DNA from: Microthyrium microscopicum
Lineage: Eukaryota
Reading direction: 5' to 3'
Length of the DNA: 64,000 nt
Assembly: GCA_010405405.1 (NCBI GenBank)
Contig: MU004231.1
Location: 1,805,784 to 1,869,783 of the forward strand
Below, in pieces: positions 39,196 through 49,603 of this stretch. Numbering within the stretch: the first letter of the stretch is position 1; each line of letters begins with the position of its first letter. A model generated the notes under the pieces. It was given only the letters and a program-made list of their open reading frames with translations, made no database searches and was not told the origin of the DNA. Both the position numbers and the translations under genes were made by a program.

Positions 39196-39758
39196 AAGTA
39201 AAGCTGTGTGGGCTCTGAAAAGGGTGGTCTGGGTTGTTGGGTAGTGGGATAAGATCTTAACGATACTGTAACCGATTCGTTTGATTGATAAATCAAGATG
39301 GCTTTCTGAACAAGCAGAACTATCATCTTTATAGCTTGGTGTTGGTTCATGTTGATCCTCAACATCTCAGCCTTATTGGGTCTTATCGGCCGATGTAGCT
39401 CCTTCGGCCGAGTCCTCGCATCCGACAGATGAGAGCCGAAGCTCACCACTATCTCTTCCAACACGATTTCAGTAGTCTGCACCCCGTAGAGTGTCTGCAA
39501 ATGCAGCATGCCAGAGCTTTTCCATTTTTCAAATAGTGTGATTGCACTGAACAAGATCTGCATCGTTCCATCAGCTTTCCTGCCCACCATCGCGCTCGAA
39601 GTTAGCGTACGCTTCGAAATCCTGTGACCCTGTCGCATTCAACAAATGGTCTGGGCGTCTTGGGAAATAAAGCACTTGGTCACAGACGGGAGTATAAAGT
39701 AGACACTGCACTCGATGGAGCTTAGATTTGTGTCATCCAAGTTATAGACACCAAAATG

Positions 39759-42090
39759 CTAAATTGGTACGTTCGAATTGAACGGCAATGAAGGCAGGCC
39801 TGCCACATCCGCAAACAGTTCCAAGTTCCAGTCCCCCAAAGTCGGCTCAAAGTCAAGACTAAAGTCTTGATTCAAAGTTGGATCCATGAAGAAGTCTGAC
39901 TGAGGTGTATGAAAAGAGTCTGAAGAGCTATATTCCTGCCGTCGGTTCTGGGCATCGCTCTGATGTCGCTCTTTCGACCACGTCATTATCCTGATCACGG
40001 CGAAGTGCATGAGCTTTTTTCTGCCATCTTCAAGCCCTGTCTGCTTGGTGAGGTCCGCCGCGCCTGCTAAGACTAGTAATTGCTTCAGTACTGGCCTAAG
40101 ATCTGGCTTCCGTTTGATGATGGATCGCATAGTATCGTCTATCATTCTCCTGACAGCAGATTTGGGAACATCCAATGCCATTGCTGGGCGGGTTTGCTCA
40201 ATATCGAAGAGCTGCTTCGAGGCTTTGTCGACGAGATTCATGGCATAGCATGCGCAGTGGGCAGCACGAATCACATCATCGCCGTTTAACGCGTCGAAAA
40301 CTTTCCAAGCTTTATCGTCGGTTATTGCTTCGAGTTCCGAAAGATGTGGGTCCAAAGTGTCCGAATTTGACATAACGGCCATACAAAAGAACACACATTT
40401 TGTTGCTGTAACGGCAAACTCAGTGTTGCTTAGCAGATTAGCCATATCAAAGTACTGGAGGACATAAGTGAACAACAAGATCATCGGTCGACGATAGCAC
40501 ATGTCCATCATTACCGATTGGAAGATCATGGATTGTTCTGATATTGTGTGGAACTTTTGCATCGTTGCTGATCGATAGAGTTCTAATTCTCCCAATAGTT
40601 TGTTGACTTCCAAAAAGGATGCTTCGCACTTGGAAACAATATTCAATGCCTGAATGCGCAAAGGCAAAGACTGAGATAAGGCCACTTGAAAAGAGGTCCT
40701 TTTTCCGTCTTCTCCATGTGAGATGGGATCGACAGAACTATCATATATGTCTTCTTCCTTGGGAAAATGGCAGGTATAAGTGATGGATTGAAGTAAACTT
40801 GGCATACCACAAGACAGAGAAGCTTCAAGATCTAATTCTGCAATAGTGTACCATATGCGACGTCGAAGTTCTGCTTGAAATGGGGACATCTTTGGGTCTA
40901 GCTCTTCCGGATCTATTTGCAGGCGTAGAGTGAGAGCCAACCGCACAAGGTCTCCAGTTGCCCTCCATACATCAGTAGAAGGGTATGCCAAAAGCCGTTT
41001 TGCTAGAACAAGAAGGCAACTGGTCAAGATCGCATTCGGTTGAGAGCGCTGTTTGGAGCCCAAAGAGGACAACCAGTGGTCCACCATAGAGCAGACCTTA
41101 GAAGGATTAGCTGAAAAATCGTTAGGGACATCCGAGTGCTGGTGCTTGTTTATTTGAGCCCCGATAAGTGCCGCTAACGCAAACTGTGGGATGAATGCTG
41201 CCCATAGAGAATCATCCATCGCTTGCCGGTTGTCGAGGAATTGATGGTATTTTCGAATGAAAGTCGTCAAATGCAATATCCGATAAGGTCTTTCAAAATA
41301 TGTATAGTATTGATTCACATACTGATCCAAAGTGTGTCGAGGCACTGCTGCTAGTATAGACATCAGATCGACATCTCCCCGAACTTGAAGGCTCTGTTTC
41401 TTTTTTGGAAACATGATTTGCAATTGCGCAAAATCCGCCTTGAAGGTTGGATCATCAAGAGTATGACATGAGTATTGTGCAACCTCTGGAAACTGTTTAA
41501 GGAGGTCAGCTAGGTAGAAAACAACTTGGAGAATGCACTTTAAGCAAGATATTAGAAACAATAGTGAAATTGAAGGTGAAGAAAAGGATATAAATCGACG
41601 GCATTGTTGAAAGCCCTACCCGTAGGACGCTTACCAAAGCCATAAGGGAGCGAGTATTGTTCAACCCATGATACTGTAGGTAAGATGGCTTCTTGATTTC
41701 ACCCGAGGAATCCGGTACTGTAGACGCTGTAATTGGCAAAAGATTATCTGCTCGGCGTTGGAAAAGTTTCTCTAGCCTTTGGACTTGTGTGCGGAGTTCA
41801 GCTATTTCGCGTGCGCCAGAAGGTACAAGAGCAGATGTAGGAAGCACACCATCCGCTGGACTGGGCTCGCCCGAACGCGACTCCGAGACTCTGGAAGGCG
41901 AGACAGCTTCATTGAAAGAGTCCCGTACATTACGACTCGTTTCATCATAACCGCAGCTATCCGCGCGGTGATATTTAACACATTGTGAACACGGTTGTTC
42001 TCTGTCGCATTTGAGCTTCTTCGAGCGGCAGTTGAGACATGATTTTACTGGTCGTGGACGCTTTCGAGGAACAAGAGATGCAGAAGACAT
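39759..42090 (-). CDS. Zn(II)2Cys6 transcription factor with fungal-specific TF middle domain, 2 exons
   Basis: CLNCRSKKLKCDREQPCSQCVKYHRADSC binuclear cluster; RILHLTTF; LVRLALTLRLQIDP...ELRRRIWYTIAELD...SCGMP. Confidence 0.92.
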
Positions 42091-43023
42091 GGCATGATAA
42101 ACAGATACAATTATACCACGAGTGTTTCGTTGATTTTGTGACAGTGGAGGAGGTTGGACAAAGAGATGAAGTTGGAGAAGCAGTCGCGTAAAATCATTTT
42201 GGCAGGAGAGATGAACATCGACTACCGTTTTTGCTTTTTTTCAGCCTTGTCACGCTCATTGTGTCTATGTCTTCAAAACACATCGTTAGACATACATGCA
42301 TTGATCAACAAATAAGTAAAATGGAATGGTAGGTTCTCCAAATTGAGAATCCAAAATCCCAATAAAGCTAGATATCTTTTAAAACGAAGCAAAACCAACG
42401 ATGCTAACACAACTTTGTTCTTAAGCATCGATTATCAAAAATAGCTCCTAATTTCGCCTTTGACATTGAGCTGATACGGAGCAACATGCAGTTTGGTGTT
42501 GACATCAAGTGGCCAAACTCTCAGTGTTGACTGCAGGTGCCTAAGGGCGATGAGTAGAGACGAGCATCACGCAGTCACTCGCCACAAACCATAAGACTTT
42601 TATCAATTGCCACCACCTTAAGATATCACATGTATGAGCGTACAGAATATGCCCTGAAAACGTCTGAATGGCACAAATTACATTAAATCTCCACACTTGC
42701 CCCACAGATTCCCCACGATTTCAATCAATGAACAAGCCCCCTTTGAAGGGCCATGGATGGTTTCTAACTGCATACGAACGTTTCGTGGTATCATTATCCC
42801 CAGATCCTATACTAAACTATCACTGCAAGCTCAGATCGTAATATATCTACGTATGATGTCCAAAATAGCGCGATTGCATTGGGCATTAGTCCAACTTTTT
42901 TTCAGCAATACTTCTGTTCGTCCGTAACGACCTCATCACGTCAAATATGTATGTCTTGGTTAAGTACCAGAGCTCGACCTGTAAGCTTTTTCAGGAAGGA
43001 AATCCAAGTTACTTCAACTCAGA

Positions 43024-44074
43024 ATGTTGCTCTATAGTATATTTGCTACCTTGGTAGCCAACATTGCCATCACTTCAGCAGCTGATCCGCCACCACCACA
43101 GCCTCTTCTTCTCTCCGATGCCAAAAAGTTACTGGTTCCAGATTATCCCAAAGAGGAACGCGGCTGGGTCCAAAACAGCGATGGCATGTACTACATCTCA
43201 AGTAAGTTTTGGTCCACCACCACCGCGATCCAACCCATCAGCTAACCTCGTCTCCAAGCCAACACGCACAGTAAGCAAACCTCCACATCCCCAGCTAACC
43301 AGCTCTCTGACTGCTTCAAGTGCCCGGAATAACCGGCGCGATGATTGACTGGTGGTTTGGCTACGTAACCACCACAGAACAATACATCCCTTGGCACCCC
43401 CTCGACCACGTCTACAGCGAATGGTCTGGCCCACACGGTAACTCCACCTACATCAACGGCAATCATCTCGTGTACGAGAAGATTGGCGGCGAACTCCAGA
43501 AGCTGCGTATCAACTTCCTCACACCCGCCAAATACTTTGGTGAAGGCTACAAGGGCTTATGGAAGACGGCGAATGTGAGCACGGCGGCGGTTGGCACCGT
43601 GAGCTTCTGGGAGGGCAAAGGAAAGGGGGTGGCTGGGTTCCAGGTGGGCCACCTATGTCATTTGATTCATGAGGAGGCGGATGGGATACGGATGAGGAGT
43701 CGATTTTGGTTGGGGGATGTTGATGGGTTGCCGTTGGATAAGGAGACAAGAAGTTCGATTGTGCCGATGAATTTGGTTACAGGATTGGGTAAGTTGATTC
43801 AGTGGTTTGAATGATGAAGGATCTGCGCTGTATCATGACATGCTGGCGAGCTGGCTTGATGTGATATGGTTGCAGATGGTGAGAGATGGAGTGATGGTGA
43901 ATTCGAGAGCCTGGGCAGTAATTATATTGTGCTAACAAGATTTCAGTTAAACACGCGACTGAAGAGATGGGCTACTTGAAGGGATTCTTAGCGGACTTGT
44001 ATCGTAAGGAAAACAAGATTGGACCCAAGAAGAGAGGAGAGAAGGTCATCAAGCCATGGTCACACGATTTTTAG
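43024..44074 (+). CDS. PhlG/phloretin-hydrolase-family C-C hydrolase with predicted signal peptide (exons 43024-43201, 43259-43270, 43321-43788, 43947-44074)
   Basis: Spliced product has ERGW...YYISTNTHMPGITGAMIDWWF, YIPWHPLDH, HLVYEKIGG, GHLCH...GIRMRSRFWLG and LVKHATEEMGYLKGFL, matching the DAPG-hydrolase family with its H/E/H/E metal ligands. N-terminus MLLYSIFATLVANIAITSA. Confidence 0.85.
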
Positions 44075-44344
44075 TCATTGTCGAAACGCCGTTGGATACT
44101 TGTACGAGATATGATAATGCCCACACGGCGTGTTAGGAGCAGATAGATGAAAAAAACAACGATATCCACTTCAAAGACTTCACATGGTCCATGAAACCCA
44201 TCCGATGTCGTATCCGAAAGAACTCTCAGCTCACAGCGGCAGCGCTTGCATCATCCAAATCCCTCAGTTTATCACGTTCTGATAAGTCTCTTTGAGGATC
44301 TGAATTATTTCCTATCCCTTTATTTCCCAAGCAGCGTCACCGAT

Positions 44345-45207
44345 ATGCAATTTTCCGCACATACAATTTGGTTTGCTATAGGCAAGACAATTGTATATGC
44401 TCTAGTTGCTAGAAATACGACATCACCCACGTAAGCCTAACCTTGTATGAATATCTGCCAGCACTGACGCTATCTAGAGGTCATTATATACCTCCGCCAG
44501 GTTGCCCATTCGGGATGGGAGGCCCAGAAGGAATATACCGAGATCCTCCTAGACCGCTCGCAGGTCCATGTATAGCAAAATCTCGTGAGCACCACAATAC
44601 AATTTGCGATATGTCTGACCTTTGGCATCATAGTACTATGTAGCAACACCGGAGGCCTGCCATGTTGCGGCACTAATCCGTGCGATGTTGACAAGACTTA
44701 CCAACCCCGGAACAGATGCTGTGTTGGATCAGGCCGTAAGCAATGGACCACGATCTCACTGCCTCCTAAGTGAGTCAAACAAGGAGTCGGGAAAACGCTG
44801 ATAGATATTTGAACAGACGCAGTGCAACCAGCCCAAGATTGTTGCGATGACAGAGATAGACGTTCGGTGAACAGCGGAACGCGTACCATATGCTGCATTC
44901 GTGGTGGTGGTAGGTATAGTTCTTCATGAACAAATTGGCATACATTGCTGAGCTGGTTTATAGATCCAAATCCCAGCGGCCCAAATGATATCGGTTCTGC
45001 AGCTTGCTGCGGCAATGCTAGATCTGGTCCCAATAGCTCTCAGGTGTGCTGCTACCAAGGCGGTGGTGAGTTTGGTGTGTACATGGTATAAAGACAGCGA
45101 CTAATCTTGTAGAATACGTTAATCCTAGCCAGGCTGGCTACCCGCATATTTGCTGTGATGGTATGTCGCCGATCGGTTTTTTTCCTTTCATAGCATGTCG
45201 AGGATGA
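44345..45207 (+). CDS. Cys-rich di-cysteine-repeat protein, copy 1 (194 aa, 19 Cys; exons 44345-44430, 44478-44584, 44634-44735, 44817-44909, 44964-45065, 45113-45207)
   Basis: All five introns are GT-AG with CTRAY-like branch points and the frame stays open: MQFSAHTIWFAIGKTIVYALVARNTTSPT-GHYIPPPGCPFGMGGPEGIYRDPPRPLAGPCIAKS-LLCSNTGGLPCCGTNPCDVDKTYQPRNRCCVGSG-HAVQPAQDCCDDRDRRSVNSGTRTICCIRGG-DPNPSGPNDIGSAACCGNARSGPNSSQVCCYQGG-EYVNPSQAGYPHICCDGMSPIGFFPFIACRG. Confidence 0.85.
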
Positions 45208-45558
45208 ATAAGGCATTGTCAATAGCTGTTTGCAACGCTGATGGAAGCTCGACAGTTTTCTTATAGATGGGAGATTGCAGTAGCTCTAATGATCATTAGA
45301 AAAGAAAAAAGTTAACAAGGCACAGAATTCAGCGCTATGCTCATTTGCATATTCTTATCCACTTCAACATCTTCACATGGCCCGGAAATCTAGCCAATCT
45401 CGAATTGAAAAAAATCCCAACTGAGAGTCTCTCTACCTAAATATGACGCGTGAAGAAGCGTGCAGACACTCCCATCATCTGTGCTTTTTGAGAAGCTTGG
45501 ATTTAAAATCTTTTGGGAGTTGATGTCTTCCATCCTAGCCTTTGCAAGCACCGCCAAA

Positions 45559-46449
45559 ATGCCATTATTAGCCTACGGAATCTGCTTGGCTCTAGGCAAG
45601 ACATCTGGCTCTGCTCTAACATCTAAGAACTCAACACCACCTTTGTGAAGCCAGCACTGTTTAATCACCTGCATTGCTGACGGCAACGATATAGAAGTCA
45701 ATATATACCTTTACCTGGCTGTCTATTTGTAATAGGGAGGACCAGAAGGTATATATCGAGATCCTTCCATGCCACCTGCATGTATAGCAAAATCTCGTAA
45801 GTCTCAATCTATGCTGGACACTAACAAGCATCTCTAACATTATGGCATCAGAACATCGTCTCGTTGGTGAACAAGCAATCCATCCGTATTGCGGAACTCA
45901 TCCTTGCGAGAATGACAAATCGATCTATCCTACTCAGAGATGCTGTGTCGGATCAGGCCGTAAGAATATTTCAAACACTTCAAACGCTGATGTTCATAAC
46001 CACTAACAAGGTATATCATTGAGCAGAACCAGTACAGCCATCCCAAGATTGTTGCGATGACAAATTCAGACATAGCGCGTTGAATGATACAGAAACTATA
46101 TGTTGTATTCGCGGCGGTGGTGAGTATAGCCCCTGATAGAACAAAAGACATTGTACGGTGCTGACTCTGTTTACTCTGATCATACATCGCATCTATGATA
46201 TCAACATAGTAGAGAATGCACTTGACCTCTGCTGCGGACATGGTTTTTTCTCCACGGGTCCTGGCGTTAATAGGCAAGTGTGTTGCTACGAAAGCGGTAA
46301 TGAGTGTGGTTATTTAGGAACATGGTTGAAGAATCATTGGACTGACACTTGTAGACCCTGTTGATCCATTCCAGCCTGCCTTTATTGGTCAAGTTTGCTG
46401 CTCTGGCCAGCCGCCCGTGCCTGGTCCTGAAGGTCGAACATATTGTTAA
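45559..46449 (+). pseudogene. Cys-rich di-cysteine-repeat gene, copy 2 (frameshifted)
   Basis: Same six-exon layout (MPLLAYGICLALGK...; YIPLPGCLF; GIYRDP..CIAKS; QRCCVGSG; QDCCDD...ICCIRGG; LCCG...VCCYES; VCCSGQPP...TYC-stop). One extra base at ~45731-45737 (ATAGGGA versus ATGGGA in copy 1) shifts the frame to a stop near 45870. Confidence 0.7.
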
Positions 46450-46813
46450 TACGAAGGAAGCATTATCAATAGCTGTTTGCTAAAGTGATCAAAGCTCGAT
46501 ATTTTGCTCATACATTGGACATTTTACAGTCCTAGCGATTTGTAGAGGAGATATAAATAAAGCAAAGAATTCAATTCCATGTATGGAGAGCATATTCATA
46601 TCCACTTCAGAATCTTCACATGGTATAGAAATGTAATGCGGCGTCATACTTTCGGGAATATAATCGGATGAGCATTCCCTTGACATCTCAAGAAGAGTAG
46701 AAGAAGAGCAGAAGCTGCTGCCGTGTCCAAGTCCTTAAAAATGATACTCTAGCAATTCATGCGTGGCGCCGAACGAGCACTCTTTTGGTACATTCCCAAG
46801 CACTGTCGCCAAA

Positions 46814-47722
46814 ATGCACATATTTGCTCAAATATTCTGTTTCATGTTTAGTATCATTGCTTTTAGCAACCTATTCGTAGCTGCTACTTGTATATTGCCC
46901 AGAAACTCGTCATCATCTATGTAAGGTCAACCTCCTACGAACAAACGCCAGTACTGACCCAAGGCCCTCTAGACGCAATTTTATACCGCCGCCGGGTTGT
47001 CCATTCGGCGCAGGTGGCGGAGGTATATACCGGGATCCGCCTCCGATGAACTATGGTACATGCATAGCAAAATCTCGTAAGTATCAAAAGCTCAAAACGC
47101 AATTTGGCACAACAGACAATCATCACTGACCACTACGCCACAGAGACTTGTAAACTATTCAGCGGTGATAAGTGTTGCGGTGCCAATCCATGTGGACCCG
47201 TTCGACTTCTGCCTCTCTCACTTAAGTGCTGTATTGGCTCGGGAAGTAAGCAATGAAACCTGTCTCACTTCTCAAAGAGAGTAACCGCTGACAACATGTT
47301 CTTTGCACAGTAATGAAACAGCCAGGGCAGGACTGTTGCGACGATAAACCTACGCGAATAAACGCGAACTTGAAAACATTTTGCTGTGTCCGCGGTGGCG
47401 GTGAGTACTCTAATAGTCCATGAATGGTAGCTTTTCACCGGACAGTGCTGAGTCTGTTTGTAGATGCCGACAGCATTTTTAGTGCGGACCCTCTGCCTTC
47501 GTCGTGCTGTGGAGGTTATACCTTTCCTCTTAGCAAATACGTGCCAATACCCATATGTTGCTATGAGGCTGGCGGTAAGTGCTGTCGATACATGAGAAGA
47601 GTCAGAGATTAACATATATCTCAGAAACCGTTGACTTCTTGAATGCCAACAATAAAGCAGCCAGGCTGTGCTGTTCTGGTCAGCCGCCAGTGGTTTCTTC
47701 CGGTATATCGAAATGCGCATGA
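46814..47722 (+). CDS. Cys-rich di-cysteine-repeat secreted protein, copy 3 (203 aa; exons 46814-46920, 46973-47076, 47144-47245, 47311-47400, 47464-47574, 47625-47722)
   Basis: Canonical introns and open frame: MHIFAQIFCFMFSIIAFSNLFVAATCILPRNSSSSI-RNFIPPPGCPFGAGGGGIYRDPPPMNYGTCIAKS-QTCKLFSGDKCCGANPCGPVRLLPLSLKCCIGSG-IMKQPGQDCCDDKPTRINANLKTFCCVRGG-DADSIFSADPLPSSCCGGYTFPLSKYVPIPICCYEAG-ETVDFLNANNKAARLCCSGQPPVVSSGISKCA. Clear signal peptide. Confidence 0.88.
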
Positions 47723-48045
47723 TAGGAGGAATGAAACAGTGCAAATATGGATAGCCATGTCAGCAAAGGTCTATACTGACTGGTTGTTAGGACGTATTTT
47801 GGAAAAGAAAAGGTTGGAAATGAAAATTGCGTCCAGTGACGCTTAATATTAGTATATATCAGTCCTGAAGTCCGAGGACGTTCGCTAGAATGTGAGAATG
47901 CAAGATGTCTAGCCGACTCTGATAGCACAAACCTTTTCTCCAAGAGCCTATCGACATTATTATTTGATTCATCAACCTCGCATTATTTTCATTCCCATCC
48001 TGTCTAAAAGTGTCGTGCATCTATTTTGGTGAAAAGTCATTTCCA

Positions 48046-49603
48046 TTACTGCTTGATCTCGTAAGTACGACGGAACATGTCATCAATGTCGGTGAGATAA
48101 TAGGTGCCGGGGAAGAGATGTTCGGTGCTTCCTTCGGGCTTGTAGTTCTTCTTCAAGTGTGCCTTTTCACGCAGGTTGCACATCTGGAAATCTGTTAGCC
48201 TTTTCCGGTCCACCGATCTCGGACACCTAATGGAGAAACTTCTTACATCATCGTAAACTTGTGGCTCCACAACACGTCGCGCATCAAGTCTCGCAGTAAC
48301 GTCGAGCTTGCTGACGATATCGGACAAACTGCCTCGAACTTTTAGTGAAAAAAGTGTGCTCGCCAAGCCACTGCCATAGCTGAACATGCCAATTCGCTTG
48401 CCCTCGATATCTTCGGCAGCATTGGTGACTAAGCTGCACAAGCTAGAGTAGACGGAAGCACAGTACATGTTACCGCACATGGTTGGTAGCGTGATGCCTG
48501 GAACAACCCGTTGCTGATATCTCTTCTTGGCGAGTGCCATGAACGTCTTTTCGATAGACTTGTCCGTGTATGAAGCATCCTTGCTAATTCCTTTGATCGA
48601 CTCGGGAACATCTGCGAAGATAGGATTGCTGGGATTCGCCAGGTAGTCGTTATATAACAAGCGAGCATATGATTTTGAAACGAGCTTGCATGTTGGGGCG
48701 TGGAAGCACATGTAGTCGAATCTGTCAACTGGAGACTCAATCTCCTTGGTTCCATTCACGCCGTTAGTACCATTGGCACCATTGGCAGCCTGCAGTGTCT
48801 TTTCTCGTGCATTATAAGCTTCGTAGCATGCATCAACCGCCTCAGTGTAGCATTTCAGGGAGAAGTGCCCATCGACAATTGGGTATTCGGAAGTCAAGTC
48901 TGGCTTGTAGAAATCGTACGCGTGAACGATGTAGCTTCCACGTAGACCTGGCTCAAAGGCAATTGGAGCATCGGGACCAATCAGCATGGCAACACATCCA
49001 GCTCCTCCAGTGGGTCTGGCGGCGCCCTTCTTGTACAAAGCAATGTCACCAGCAACGACAATTGCGTTGCGGCCATCCCAACCAGAGGACTCAACCCAGG
49101 CAACAGAGTTCAAGAGTGCATTTGTTCCGCCATAGCAGGCATTGACAGTGTCGATTCCTTCAATGTTTGTATTTCCTGAGCCTTGAAAGAGCTGCATGAG
49201 CACACTCTTGACAGATTTTGACTTGTCAAGCATGGTCTCAGTGCCGACCTCGAGTCTTCCGATTGACTTGGGGTCAATATTGTACTTTCGAAGGAGAGAT
49301 GAAGTGGTAGTAAGGGCGAGGGAGTAGATATCTATGTAAATGGTCAATATCAAATGTGCTTCAAGTGTTCAGCTGTCAAATTGCCAACCAACCTTCACGA
49401 TCGTCACAGAAGCTCATTTTGGTCTGGCCAAGACCAATTGTGTATTTTCCGGTGGACACGCCATCAAACTTCTCGAGTTCAGATTGCTCAACGCACTGAA
49501 AAGATTAGCGATCTGGTTGTGGGTATGGAGCAGTGGCTCATACTTGGCTGGGAAAGTAGATTTCCATGGCCTTGATGCCAATGTTGGTGGGTCTAGCGGC
49601 CAT
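48046..49603 (-). CDS. ERG13: Hydroxymethylglutaryl-CoA synthase
   Basis: [20 protein letters not shown] start, [19 protein letters not shown], catalytic [38 protein letters not shown]; three introns. Confidence 0.97.

Larger units (their letters stand above)
44345..47722 (+). repeat. Tandem triplication of a ~1.2-kb gene unit
   Basis: ATAGCAAAATCTCGT recurs at ~44572, ~45784 and ~47064. Non-coding 3' flanks of copies 1 and 2 are also homologous (CAATAGCTGTTTGC at ~45220 and ~46467; TCCACTTCA..ATCTTCACATGG at ~45358 and ~46601). Confidence 0.9.

Noticed and set aside
44345..47722. Hydrophobin or metallothionein identity for the CC-rich genes
   Set aside because: Seven CC doublets and 19-20 Cys in ~200 aa do not fit the 8-Cys hydrophobin pattern; signal peptides and long loops argue against metallothionein.
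37927..49603. Secondary-metabolite biosynthetic cluster including ERG13
   Set aside because: No PKS, NRPS, terpene cyclase or prenyltransferase in the window, and the HMG-CoA synthase looks like the ordinary housekeeping enzyme.
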